Shown: positions 30,740 through 45,786, counted from the first letter of the stretch. The stretch: DNA of 64,000 nucleotides from Eledone cirrhosa (GCA_964016885.1 CAXHJY010001363.1:1-64000), one strand, 5' to 3'. Numbers and translations: made by a program. Notes: generated from the sequence alone by a model not told the origin.

Positions 30740-30803
30740 ATGTGTATGTGTGTGCATGTGTATGTGTGTATATGTATGTATATATATATATGTGTGTGTG
30801 TGT
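29680..30803. repeat. (TG)n/(TATG)n compound microsatellite
   Basis: Read directly from sequence. Confidence 0.95.
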
Positions 30804-30906
30804 TTAACTTACGCTACAATGTCCATCAATTTCCTCACCACCTATCATGACAGCCATCTTACTTTCTCTCCATAACTATCTAATAATACGGTTTGTTTCT
30901 TCTCAG

Positions 30907-30975
<69 letters not shown>

Positions 30976-31456
30976 TTCTCTCTCTCTCTCTCTCTCACAC
31001 ACACAAGCATCTCTCTATCAGCCCTCCTTCCGCAGTCGTTCAATACCTCACTCTCTACATCTCTCATGATTTACAATCATCGCTCGCCTCCACTTCTACA
31101 CCATGGCCCTACTTTTTTTTTTAAACCCCGTCATTTCGTTTTCACTTCGACAAACCATTAGTTGATCACTCAGTCGAAATATCAGACAATTTTCAATCCC
31201 CATAGCAACGCCTACTTACTTTCTTGGGAATTTACACAGTTTATTTGGTCGCCATTTTACAATTAGTTGTTTGTGTTTCTTTATTCTCGTGTCTTCGAGC
31301 ACGCGCCATCGCACGAACATCGTGTTCAGCGTTGAAATAGTTAACACGCATTCTCAGTCAGTTCATCAGCTGTGATGTCTTCCTTAGATAAACTCCAATC
31401 TCCTGTTTTCCAACGTTAATTCTGTAGTAAACTGACGTGATTCCCATTTTACCCCC

Positions 31457-32066
<610 letters not shown>

Positions 32067-32117
32067 TCTATCTATCTCTCTCGCTCACTCGCTCTCTCTC
32101 TCTCTATCTCTCTCTCT

Positions 32118-32172
32118 CTGATGATGATTTCTCCCGAATGAAACAGTTCTAGTCCTGTAGAAGCCATTCCTA
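32118..32172 (+). mobile_element. Fragment of hammerhead family Q
   Basis: tgatgatttctcccgaatGAAACAGttctagtcCTGTAgaag, matching 43721 and 55075. Confidence 0.7.
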
Positions 32173-32188
32173 TATATATATGTATATA

Positions 32189-32222
<34 letters not shown>

Positions 32223-32225
<3 letters not shown>

Positions 32226-32411
32226 ATTGTTTCTACTATTGGCACAAGGCCAGGAAATACCCAGTACATTACTGGTACTTTATTTTATCGACCCCCGTAA
32301 GGATGAAAGGTAAAGTTAACCTCGGCGGGATTTGAACTCAGAATGGCAAGGGCTGTAACTCTATACGTCAAAGCATGGCGTCCGACCCTCTACCGATTCT
32401 GCCAATCCACC
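32223..32411 (-). mobile_element. Meta-like SINE
   Basis: Consensus match. Confidence 0.9.
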
Positions 32412-32412
32412 G

Positions 32413-32500
32413 AAGACTAAAATCCAAAGAGGGCTCGATAAGGATAAATATATATCAAATATATAAGAACCGTAGAGCAAATATTTATTAATCTGTTGTT
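32413..32500 (-). mobile_element. Tail of fold-back family R (see 54303-54535; also 33434-33522, 38815-38895)
   Basis: Reverse complement of 54440-54520. Confidence 0.75.
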
Positions 32501-32502
32501 AT

Positions 32503-33177
<675 letters not shown>

Positions 33178-33178
33178 T

Positions 33179-33228
<50 letters not shown>

Positions 33229-34197
33229 CGAAGTATATAAAAGCTAATAGAAGTAATATATTCGATCGATCTATTGTCAATGTACCCTCAACAACAAACC
33301 CACTAAGCAGTTATTACAAAAAAACAAAAAATATATATATATTTCGAAGTAGTTTACATCAGATTCTTTACATATGTCCCACCATTGCAAGCAGGGAAAA
33401 GCGGACGTAAAATGATGATGATGATGATGATGATATAAAAACAGATTAAAGTGCAAGCAAAGAACCACTGCTTTCACCCTTACGAGCCCTCTTCGGATTT
33501 TAGTCTTCACATTTATTATTACTATATATATATATATATAATGTGTGTGTGTGTGTGTTATAATGCATTTAATGAAATATTGCTCAATCCGGTTATTGTA
33601 AAAGAATCGACAAATTTAGTTTTCTGTAGGAGGGTCCCTGGATGAAAGTGCCATCTATGTTGGTCACGCAGATCTGAAACTTTTGGTACTTGTACACTCT
33701 TTTCATCTATTAATTAAATAAATATTATATAACAAGTAGTATGTTATTTGATGTCTGCGACAATTCAAAATGGATGATAGATTTGAGAATATATTGAAGG
33801 TAACGAAGATGTTGGTGTGTCACCTGTTATTTTACTTACCATTATTTATTTATCAAAATACTGCAGAGATAACCCGCTAGCATTTGTCAATATTTCAAAT
33901 GGCCATCAGAGAGATATCTCAGCAAATTTAAAAGATTTGTTTAACATATACTCACTATCTGTTATCAAAGAATGCCCCCCCCCCCCCCCCCCGCTCCGGA
34001 AGTTTCTTGACGCCTGAAGAAATCTGACCGATCAACCTACGTCGTGAAATAAAGAAGTTTATTGTGATTTGTCGTGGAGAAATTGTGATCCAAAGCAAGG
34101 GCTGATATAATTCGTAATGGATTTAACGTATCGTCAGTACACTTTTGTTGTGTCTTCTGTTGGCTAAATGTGATATACTTAAACTTAGAAGCTCCTG

Positions 34198-34615
34198 TGT
34201 CTTGAGACACACGAGGCACCCAAAATGCTCCAACAACCATGGTTAGTTGGATCTATCAATACAGCCCACGTCTTGAGACACATGAGGCAGTAAAGTGCTC
34301 CAATGACCATGGTTAGTTGGATCTATCAATACAGCCCACGTCTTGAGACACATGAGGCAGTAAAGTGCTCCAATGACCATGGTTAGTTGGATCTATCAAT
34401 ACATCCCACGTCTTGAGACACATGAGGCAGCCAAAGTGCTCCAATGACCATGGTCAGTTTCATCTATCAATACATCCCACGTCTTGAGACACATGAGGCA
34501 CTAAAGTGCTTCAATGACCACAGTCGGTTACATCTATCAATACATCCCATGTCTTGAGACATATGGGGCAGCCAAAGTGCTCTAATGGCCACGGTCAGTT
34601 GCATCTATCAATATA
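34198..34615. repeat. 70-71 bp minisatellite x6
   Basis: tcttgagaca at 34200, 34271, 34341, 34411, 34482, 34552. Confidence 0.9.
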
Positions 34616-34749
34616 TCAAATGTGATATCCTTGAGTACTTTATGTTAGTGCGACGTTTCCCTTCCTTTACTGTCTTCTGTGTGTGTTGTGTGTGTTGTGA
34701 ATGTTGTGGAGCTAGGGAATAGAAATGATAGTATTTTTGTCTTTTCTGT

Positions 34750-35350
34750 ATGTATATGGTATGTTTAAGTTGTTGAATGTAATGGTTTGTTGTATTTAGT
34801 GTTCCCTGGCCTTTAGTAGGTGTTTACTTTCCTGGTGACTGATATAGAATTGAAGTAGTTGTGGAAATATGTCGAGAGAATGGTAAAACATTTGAATATA
34901 ATATCATCTAGGTATGAGGTTCTGTTTCGAGGGTCTGTGTGTGTGTGTGTGTGAAACATCGTGTAGGTAGAGGCTAAAATGTATGGGGGGGGGGGAATAT
35001 GTCCTTATGGACATATTTCATATTTCATTACAGAAATTGCAAAATCTAGATATGATGCTTCAGTATTTCACATAGACATGACAGCCTCAGAAGTAATTTG
35101 ACATATTTTTGCTGATGTCGATGATAATTTGAATGGCATATATGAGCTAGTTTGTTACTACAGAAGAGGTCAGGTAATTCTTGTGTGAAAGTAATGTGTT
35201 GGTTGAGTGTTGTGATCTGAATCCCTATTGGGATCTGGAAAGCATAATGCATGGAGTTAGTAATATCAAGGACGTATCTTTCTAAAATGTTTGAAAGTGT
35301 GTTTAGGAGTGTTTGTGTAATGCTACTTCCATTGCACACTTTTGTGAGAA
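34750..35350 (-). mobile_element. Heavily decayed RT remnant, probably PLE-like
   Basis: Minus-strand YLDDIIF at ~34893-34913, followed by a PF(L)DI-like segment; many frameshifts. Confidence 0.4.
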
Positions 35351-36709
35351 CTTTTACAGTGTATTAATTTAATAGAGATGTTACGAGCAATCGTATATGC
35401 TGGTGAATGCAGTCGTTCTTTCATGTGCTAATTGTTTTAGCCGTATGAAAGTGATTTTGTCATTCGCTGAGGGTTTTTTTTTCTCTCTATTGTCTTGCTA
35501 GGGTCTGCTGGGGGAAAAGAGGGGGTCGAAATCACGATCTAGATGGAAGGTGTCTACTTTTCGTTTGCTATTACTCTGCCTTTTGTGTGTTTTGCTCACT
35601 GATTTGCCAGAAATATCATCTAATAAAGATGTTTTGTTTGCTGTTGGCTGAGGGTATCATATTCTAGGTTGTTTTTATAACATAGGGTGTAATGTTATCA
35701 TTGTTGTTAAAGTTGACACTGCTAATTATATTGTAAAGTATTTTAATACTTGTTTTCCAGGTAATGTTCTTCCCAGATATTCTGCTTTTCCAGTTTTCTG
35801 CTTTTCTTTGGCCTGTTTTATTTATTATTTCTCTTCGGTTCTTTAATGCAGATTTGTATTTCTGTTATGGAAGGTGTTGGCTCTTGTTTTCTTGTATCTA
35901 ATATGTTTCAGGCTGTTCTTTGTTTTTAATTAGGTTGGTTATTTCTGGTGTGTAATTGGAGATGTATTTTTCATGTTAACCTGTTGATTGCGTTTGGGGT
36001 TGAGTCTAAAATTATTTTCTTCGATGTGTCCTATATTGTTTATGTAGAGAATCGTGATGATTGTGAAATTTGTTAATTTCTTTTGTTGTTGAAGTGGTTC
36101 CACCAAGAATGGTTGAATTTTGTGAAACTGTGTTTTGCTTTGTTCATTAATGTGTGTGTTGTAATGATGATGAATAAATGACCAAAAGAAGAATCGGGAG
36201 AATGTTTGTCATGTGATTGTTATAACTTGGTGTTTTGAGCAGAAGGTGATGTTTAGCAAAGAGTTTGCCATGATGTGTTACTAGATTTTTTACGATATAA
36301 AGGAAGTTTCGTTCTAACGTTGTTTCTGTTACCTCAAGAGTTATCGATCTTGACGGTGTTTGGGTGGGCGTTAAGGTGTTGTAATAGGAATCGTGTAACT
36401 TGGTGGGAAGACTGAGTATAATATGACTGGGAGTATAATACGACACCGCAGCTTGGTAACGTCTGTTTTCACCATTTGATGGCTGTTGCAGTACGGTTCG
36501 ATATGCCGAATTTGCGAAGGTGGGAGGTCAGTGTTCGGTTGGCCAAATTTGTGAAGGTTGGTGGGTCGTGGGCTGGTTTAGCAGGAGTCATCAGTGTAAG
36601 TTAGGATTCAGTTTAAAGTGTTTGTTAAGTGTTTATGGACTCACTGGAGCAGGAACGTCCTTATTTACGTGTATGTATGTATGTATATATGTATGTATGT
36701 ATTTATGTC

Positions 36710-36892
36710 ATCACATGGTACCATGGGCCCAGCACTATGTGTCAGTAATTGTCACAAGTGTAGTGTTTGTACCAGAGTTTTCAAGTCGCTGGCTGGACTA
36801 AAAAGTCACACTCGTTCAGCGCATCGGTAGGGGTTCTCCTACATGGATATAAAGTAGTGGCCGTACTCGAAAACGAGTTGGCAGCCACCATG
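36710..36892 (+). mobile_element. RTE-like LINE 3' end with C-terminal C2H2 finger
   Basis: CSVCTRVFKSLAGLKSHTRSAH*, short 3' hairpin, within a (TATG) tract. Confidence 0.65.
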
Positions 36893-37106
36893 TATTTATA
36901 TATATCCAAAATGGCTGACTTTTTTCCGTTCTTTCCTCTTCTCCTCTATATCATTCTATTTCATCTTCTTTCTCTCATTCTATCTTCTGGTGAAGGACTA
37001 GTGTGAGGAACGTTAAGGCTCTTTTCCTACTATATCAAGCGCTAAACTAATATATTCCTTCATTGTACAGTGTGATGTTTTCTGCGTTGTTTCAATTTAC
37101 TTTTTG

Positions 37107-37162
<56 letters not shown>

Positions 37163-37989
37163 CGCGCTCCATCATCCACATAAATAATTCATGCACAGTT
37201 TTCCAAAAGATGTCAACATATATATATATAGTATTGAGGGTCGTGGGAATGAGCACTCAATGCGATAGCAAAGATTAATAGTTTTATTAATGTTGAGTGA
37301 GGGGCCTATTACTCTGAAGTCCTTCCTGTATATTTAGGTGGAATGATGGAGCTGGGAGGGAGGGGTGAGGTGGAATGCTGGAGATGGGATGGAGGGAGGG
37401 AAGGAGAAGTAGAATGAGGAAGATGAAAGAGGGGGAGAAAGAGGGGGTGTGATGGGGATGGATGGGAGGGAGGGAAAGGGGTTTCTTGTTGCTGATTTCT
37501 TTTTGGAATGCTCTGCATTATATATTTAGAGTTCTGTCATGCACCATTAGTTTCCGAATGTCATTATATGCATGTCTTTTTATTCATATTTATATATATA
37601 TATATATGTGTGTATATTTATATGTATATTATGAAGCCTGCACCTTAGTTTGACCAGAGTTATTTTCGTTATTTTATCGGAATGTAGTTGGGGATTTGGG
37701 GAAATGTTTCTTGAACTATCAGCACGTAAATGTAATGTGTGATGATAAACATGTTTAGTTCCCCAGAGCTTTTTATTAGACTCTCAGTGTTGTATTATAA
37801 TACATTTAATGCTATATGTTATGTTTATAAAATTTTTATAAAATTTACTTTTGTCTGTTAAGTGCTAAGATTTTAATATTTTTTTATTTATATATCTTGT
37901 TTTTAATTTATTTTATTTTATTTTTAATCTATTTTATTTCATTTTTATTTTCATTATTTCTATTATCATTATTATTATTGTTGTTATTA

Positions 37990-38218
37990 CTCTTTGAGTC
38001 TCAGTCATTGATGTTAGTTAACTGGAAAGTTTGTTGAAATGAATATCAAGCCACTACCTGCAGCCTCAGATATTCAGGACGTATCGGAGGGTTCTTGCTG
38101 TTCCCAACAAGCATGCCTTTTGAAGCGTTCCAAAAAGCGTGAAGGGGCCAATTTTCTTTAACCATCCCTGGAAACTTTTTGAGATAGTCCCTAGTGCGTC
38201 TATGACAATCGGGATCAC
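37990..38218 (-). mobile_element. R4/Dong-like RLE LINE 3' fragment in a (TAA)n tract
   Basis: VIPIVIDALGTISK...LQKACLLGTARTLRYVLNI* (stop at 38066-68), flanked by TTA repeats. Confidence 0.8.
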
Positions 38219-38259
<41 letters not shown>

Positions 38260-38477
38260 GTTGTTGTTGTTGATATATTGCTTTCTGTATGGAGTTGTAT
38301 ATTGAATATGACAACTGTACTACTTTCTGTTCATTTATGTTTTAGTTTGTCACAGTTGTCATTATTGTTACTCTGGCTGATATATGGAGCATTTATGTGA
38401 AGTTTGTGGTAAATGGTGTCATTTCTTTGCATCTTTGTGAATATTATATTAGAAAAACGTTACTTATTTTGAGGATC

Positions 38478-38820
<343 letters not shown>

Positions 38821-38890
38821 TAAATATTTGCTCTAGCGTTCTTATATAATTGATATATATTTGGATTTTAGTCTTCACATTCATTATTAT

Positions 38891-38967
<77 letters not shown>

Positions 38968-39299
38968 TTGCTCGCTTTCAGATTTCGTTCATGTGCAGCA
39001 GTGTTGGACAGCGAATGATTTTCCAACTGTTATTGTTTTTGAATTTCCCGTCATTTCATCGGCAAGGAAGTTGTGACTACCTCGTCATCTTTCCTTTAAG
39101 ACGATAGTATAAAAGGGAAGAAGACGAGTTGGTCAACCTATGAACCTTTCAGCCGACCCTCGTATTCAGGATTCATTGCATGGATGGACTGAGGAAGTAA
39201 CATAGTATAAGAGCAACATGAACAGAACAGTAACATTAAAGATAATGTTTGTTTATGGCAGTAAATCTGTTCCACATGCCACCAACTAGAAATAAAACT

Positions 39300-39590
39300 T
39301 AAGCATCAGTCTTCCTCTTGGTCCAGGACGGCAGGATAGAGAAGAAATTGCTCCGGGGGGCCGCGAGAGAGACGCCCTGGAACAGCTGCTCCACTTCGCG
39401 AGGCTCCCACTTGCGGGTAACCAACTCTGCTCTGATAGCGGTGAGCAAGCGTGTGGCCCGGGAAACCAAGAACGGCGGAAGGAAGTCGCCACTGTTAATG
39501 GCTCAATTATAAACCTTTCAGAAAGCGGCCGATACTTGGACCGTTTTCTCTCTTCGGTCTGGCGGGTAGCGAAGCCTGAGCTGGTAACAT
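39300..39590 (-). mobile_element. CRE-like RLE LINE 3' fragment (frameshifted)
   Basis: EERKRSKYRPLSERFIIEPL, then in another frame EPREVEQLFQGVSLAAPRSNFFSIL. Confidence 0.65.
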
Positions 39591-40411
39591 TCACTTTAAA
39601 AGGCACATGATAATTTGGACGTGTGACTGCTAACTCTGGCAGATCGAATAACCGTGTAGAAGTTTGATTACATCGTTGCTGTTCTTGTTGTTTAGCCTTA
39701 AGTCAACACAGACCAAGGTGACCTGTGATTAAAGGCCTCGTGTCCTTTTAAGAGATATTGAGTACTACAATATCTATTAGATACATTTTTATCTATGACG
39801 GAAACGTGCAATTTTAGTAATATTTTGGTGATATTTCCAGAAGTTAGAGCAACAATATACAGGTTTGCTTTTATTGTTGATAGAGGTGATGGTCTTGTTG
39901 TTTTGTTTTTATTGCTATTGTTACTAGTGTTGCTGTTGCTATAGTCAAAGCTGCTATTTAGCATACAGGTATTGATTTTTGTATCGTCAGCGCCTCTCAC
40001 AGTAGTACTGCTATCGATGAAAACTCTTTCTCCGCCGAAAAGAGGCGTTTCCTCTATTAAAAACAGAGTACTCGCCAACACTGTCGCTGTCTTACAAAGG
40101 ATTATACCTTCTCTATTGTATTAACCTCACACAACACCGCTTGTCTAGTCTGTTAACATTATCTTCGCTGTGAATGTCAGAATAGTCTATCTAATCGGCC
40201 AGCCATTAATTATAAAGGACAATGTCTTCTTAAATTAGGAGATATTCGGAAATATTCTCTCCTCGCGTATATTGTCAAAACCCTAACAAAACATTCACAG
40301 AAAAATACTAAATTTAGTCAGCTAAATATTCAAAAATTATTCCGCTTTTCTGAACCTTGCAATATACGTCCTCTCAGGTCAATATGTAATCATAATAATT
40401 TCTGCCATTTC

Positions 40412-40830
40412 GAGCGGTGGAATGGTAGAATTGGCAAATAGTCGAATGGAATGCCACTGTAGTATTTATTGTGGCTCTTTACACTCTGAGTTCGAATTTT
40501 GCCACGGTCAAGTTTACCTTTCAATGCTTCCGAGATCGATAAATAAAGTACCAGTCAAGTGATAGGTTTGATTTAATCAGTTTGCCCTTCCAGGCCTTCT
40601 GCTTGAATTAGAAATCAATAATTTCTATTATAAGCAGAAGAACGAATTGGCAGACTTGTTAGAACGTCGGATATTAGGCTTTGCAGTACTCGCTCCGGTT
40701 CTCTGCTCTCAAATTCCGTCGAGGTCAACTTTATCTTTCATCAATTCGAGATCAATAAAAAAAGTATCAGTCTAGTATTGGGGCGATTCTTCCTCTATAT
40801 TTCTTTCTCACTTCCCCCTCCCCCCCCCCC
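40412..40830 (+). mobile_element. Two diverged SINE copies
   Basis: Degenerate Meta-like cores. Confidence 0.7.
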
Positions 40831-40839
40831 CTCTCTCTC

Positions 40840-40874
<35 letters not shown>

Positions 40875-40876
<2 letters not shown>

Positions 40877-41413
40877 AAATAAAGTTAAATAAAAAGTCAA
40901 ATGTTTAAAATTTAGCTTCGTTTATTACTGCTATATATATTTCAGTGACAGCCATCTTTGGCTGTGACCTCTTCAGGCAGTCTGAATTAGTGTGGTATAG
41001 ACAAGTACATGTGTTGTTGAGGTGTATGATATTGTCAATACTCTGATATGCCCAGTTCCTGGTTGGGTTGTTGTTTCACTGAGGAACTGGAATGATATAT
41101 GATTCCAGTTCCTCAGTGAAACAACAACCCAAAAGGAACTGGGCATATCAGAGTATTGACAAAATTATACACCTCAACAACATATGTACTTGTCTATACC
41201 ACACTAATTCAGACTGCCTGAAGAGGTCACAGCCAAAGATGGCTGTCACTGAAATATATATAGCAGTAATAAACGAAGCTAAATTTTAAACATTTGACTC
41301 TTTATTTATCTTTATTTTACATTACTCCGAAGTAACAAAACCAACCTGCGCACTTCGTCGAGTGCTCCAGCCTGCATACTGAGGTGTTGGTATACAACCA
41401 ACATATACTCAAA
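40875..41413 (+). mobile_element. Fold-back family S, second copy, tail on the right
   Basis: Arms 40875-41093 / 41102-41319; HHR at 41213-41267 and its mirror. Confidence 0.9.
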
Positions 41414-41665
41414 ATATATATATATATATATATGTAGATAAATCTACCAAGAGTTTACGGTAGTGTCCGTAAAGACGGCGTATATATGTGTTGGTATGTA
41501 TATTTAATCTTGATAGTTTGTATAATTTTGTATAATTTTGTACATAGATCCGTTGAATATGCATGCCAATTCTAACACATATATATCCTAGAAACGATCG
41601 TTAAATAATGAACTTTTTTTGTTTAATATAAGGAACTGTTTCATTGTTTATTCATTATTTGTTTA

Positions 41666-41697
<32 letters not shown>

Positions 41698-41769
41698 CAT
41701 TATGAAGAGAGAAGAAACATTTAGATATAATTAGTAATAAAATGTATCATACCTAAACTGCTCCTAGAT

Positions 41770-41859
41770 TCCTCGACTACGTAGTTTCGTGGCATAAACA
41801 AAAACAATACATCATAAAGATATAGAGTCCTTGCGAGGTCTGCCGACTTATCAAGAGGA
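41770..41859 (-). ncRNA. Type I hammerhead with U3-A8 core variant, in a pLTR-like fragment (~41698-42115)
   Basis: tcctc-TTGATAA-gtcggca...tgccac-GAAA-CTACGTAG-TC-gagga. Confidence 0.75.
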
Positions 41860-42555
41860 TACCTCATTTTACTAGTCTCAAGAACGCGTCTACACGACGT
41901 GAGAAAGAATCCCAAAAGGCGGAGGGGGAGACAGTCACGCGATATAACGGTCGAGAAACAGAGCTAAGCCTCTTAAAACCCCGAAGAAAATACCACGGAG
42001 GCGGAGGGGGTATTTATATCGAAGCCGTAGAAGAGGTGGTGAAGGGGGCGAGAAGTATGAGTAATGGAAGCTTTCCAGCAGTCCCCACACTTCAAAGATT
42101 GCTCGAGTTATTAATATATATATATCTTTCTCTGGAAGAAATCTGCTGTAATCAGACCAGGAGGAGAGGAGATGGGCTCCGTCAGCCTAAGGAACGCTCT
42201 ATGTCACCACGGTGCCTCTTCAACTCCATCAAAATTTACGGAACCATGGTAGGCTATGCCAAACACAAGAACACAACTTTGAAGACAGGAAATAGTTTGT
42301 TAAATCTCCTCCAGTATTTGACTAGTACTTTACTTTATCGACCCCGAACTTATTTTAGGGGTTTTAATGTCCTTCACCCCTCCCCTCTCTTCTGCGACAC
42401 CAGAGCTCTTGCCATCCCCTCCCCTTCCCGTTCTTTTTCTTCTTTCTTTTTCTCCTTTTTCTCTATATTTCCCTTTTCTTTCTTTCCTTTTTTATTATTG
42501 TTACCGTTATTATGGTTGTCACTTGTGGCCAATAAAGAAACCATTGTTATGATTG

Positions 42556-42760
42556 ACAGTATCGGTAGAGGGTCGGACGCCATGCTTTGAAGCATATAGT
42601 TACCTCCCTTTATGATCTGAGTTCAAATCCCGCCGAGGTTAACTTTGCCCTTTATCCTTATGGGGTCGATAAAATAAAGTACCAGTAATATACCAGTATA
42701 TTACTGGCCTTGTGCCAAAAATAAAATAATTGCTGGCCTTGTGCCAAAAATAAAAACAAT
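42556..42760 (+). mobile_element. Meta-like SINE
   Basis: Consensus match. Confidence 0.85.
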
Positions 42761-43179
42761 TATTATTATTATTGTTACTATAAATAAAACCATGTTTCTC
42801 TAACAAATCTAGCAATAAATCTTTTATGTAGAGTTGTTTGCTTTCAGATTTCGTCCATGTGCTGTGTTGAACAGCGTGTATTTTCTGGGGGGTTTTTTCA
42901 ACTGTTATTGTGTCTGAATTTCCTGTCGTTCAACATTCACGATACTGTTTCAAATTGTTATGTTGATGATGAAATGTTTAATGTATGATTTCTAAGATAC
43001 CAACATGTTTCAAATCGTTATTTTATGAAAGTCAACTCTTGTATTAGTCAAATCGTGTATAATTATGTAAGATATGAATAATAAAGTATTCTAATTTAAA
43101 GATGAACATCTTTTTAAAAATTGTCATAGATGTTTATTAATTATTCCGAAATAATTTTTGTTTTTAAAATCAATGTATT

Positions 43180-43259
<80 letters not shown>

Positions 43260-43305
43260 TTGTTATTATTACTAGTATATAAGTAGTATATATATATATG
43301 TATCT

Positions 43306-43600
43306 CTAGGGCGGGTAAAATTCCCGAGATCCATGGACGAGTTCTCTCCAGCGGTCTCTGTCCCTCATTATCGCTGCCATGTCCTGCGTCTCCAACAGAC
43401 CAGTGTCTGTCCTTAGGGCATCAACATACGTTAACCTTGGTCTTCCTCTTCCAGTGTGTCCATGTAGGGGCTCCCACAGGAGCACTGAGTGCAATGTCAA
43501 ATCTGGATGTCGGTGAGCATGTCCAGCTAGCCTCAGTCTCCTCTGTGTCACTTTTGAGCTGACTTTTGGGAGGCCCCCATACAGCTCTGAGTTTTTCATC
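43306..43600 (-). mobile_element. RTE-clade LINE 3' fragment
   Basis: NSELYG.LPKVS..RRLRLAGH..R...LLWEP.HG...RGRPRLTYVD.L..DTG..DRDRW. Confidence 0.85.
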
Positions 43601-43602
43601 CC

Positions 43603-43780
43603 AATCGGAGGTAACCACAGTAAGTAAGGTACTCAATACATAGCAGAGTATAAAAGTTTTAATATAGAAGAGATTCTACAGGACTAGAACTGTTTCATTC
43701 ATTAGAAATCATCAGGAATCCTGATGATTTCTAATGAATGAAACAGTTCTAGTCCTGTAGAATCTCTTCTATATTAAAAC

Positions 43781-43781
<1 letters not shown>
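43603..43781 (-). mobile_element. Fold-back family Q: 63-bp perfect arms (centre 43718) with hammerhead cores, tail on the left
   Basis: CTGATGA-tttctaatgaat-GAAA-CAG ttctagtc CTG-TA-gaatct on both strands. Confidence 0.88.
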
Positions 43782-43811
<30 letters not shown>

Positions 43812-43866
43812 CTGTGTATACACATATACGTACATATATATGTATATATATATACATATACGTACA

Positions 43867-43947
<81 letters not shown>

Positions 43948-44347
43948 TCTTCCTCCCGTTAGACCTGTGCGAAATTCCTTCCTTGCTCACATTTCAACCA
44001 GGTTTGATGGTCTTTATTCTCTCGTTCACGATTCCACCGAATTTATATTCATAGAAATCTGGGACTTGTTTCTTCTTCATCACTTTCTGTTGCTTAAACC
44101 ATTTTGTTTGTTTACCCTAGCGTCCCCCTTATTTACGTGTCCCAACGACTTTTTTTAGCCGTTGCTCGCACCAACCTGAGGTATATGGCCTTTAATGAGA
44201 CGAAATGCCTACGACGGTTGGAAGGCCACTGATTAGGACAAACTTTTTCATACGTAACCCATTTGCAGCGCCGCAGCTCCATTATTATCATATTTACACA
44301 TATACGTACATATATATGTATATACATCACTATAAATACATACATAC

Positions 44348-44407
<60 letters not shown>

Positions 44408-44427
44408 ATGGAAACACCCTTGTTATA

Positions 44428-44622
44428 AATAATTGTTTCTACTTTCGGCACAAGGCCAGCAATTACCCCAGTGCATTACTGGTACTTTATTTTATCGACC
44501 CAGTAAGGATGAAAGGCAAAGTTAACCTCGGCGGGATTTGAACTCAGAATGGTAAGGGCCGTAACTCTATGCGGCAAAGCATGGCGTCCGACCCTCTACC
44601 GATACTGCCAATTCACCGCCCT
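44428..44622 (-). mobile_element. Meta-like SINE with flanking duplication (cccttgttata)
   Basis: Consensus match; repeated flank. Confidence 0.9.
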
Positions 44623-44850
44623 TGTTATATAATAATGTTCCCCAAAATTATATTTCAGCCATATTTGAATTTATTTCCAAAAACTTATCTACTCTACTTC
44701 AAAACCTCAATGTAGTACACAGTTGATTGTGTTGCTGTTTACTATAGGTGTCATGGTAATAGTTTCAAAACACCTGCAACCTGTCCTACATTACACAAAG
44801 TACACACGTATATATATATGTATATATATATGTGTGTGTATATGTATATA

Positions 44851-44899
<49 letters not shown>

Positions 44900-44936
44900 A
44901 TATGTATATATTCATATATATATATATATATATATA

Positions 44937-44989
<53 letters not shown>

Positions 44990-45484
44990 TCATATATATA
45001 TATATATATATGTATATATTCATTTATATATATATATGTATATATTCATATATATATATATATATGTATATAATCATATATATATATATATATGTATGTA
45101 TGTATATATTTATATATATATATATATATATATATTCATATATATATATATGTATATATTCATATATATATATATATATGTATATATTCATATATATATA
45201 TATATATGTATATATTCATATACATATATATATATAATAATTAGTATACTTCAATCTGGCTAAATTTTTCTTTGCAATATATATACAGATGTGTTGGTAT
45301 CTGTGTTTCATCACATACATATTAATTTATATATATATATGTATATATTCATATATATATGTGTATATTATGTATATATATGTGTGTATATATATATATA
45401 TGTATATATATAAGTATATATGTATATATTTTATGTATATATTTAGTGCATATTATATATGTATATATATATGTATACACACGC

Positions 45485-45548
<64 letters not shown>

Positions 45549-45668
45549 CATCATACTAGTAGCATATATATATATATATATGTATGCACGTCATTATACT
45601 AGTAGCATATATATATTTATGTATGTATGTATGTATGTATGCATGTCATCATACTCGTACCATATATA

Positions 45669-45710
<42 letters not shown>

Positions 45711-45723
45711 CATTATACTAGTA

Positions 45724-45786
<63 letters not shown>

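Noticed and set aside
33770-33880. Signal-peptide-like short ORF (MLVCHLLFYLPLFIYQNTA)
   Set aside because: No splice donor at the expected place and an early stop; cannot be linked to the lectin exon.
44170-44222. ccaac-CTGAGG...GAAA...gttgg hammerhead-like string
   Set aside because: Core and stems II/III do not form convincingly.
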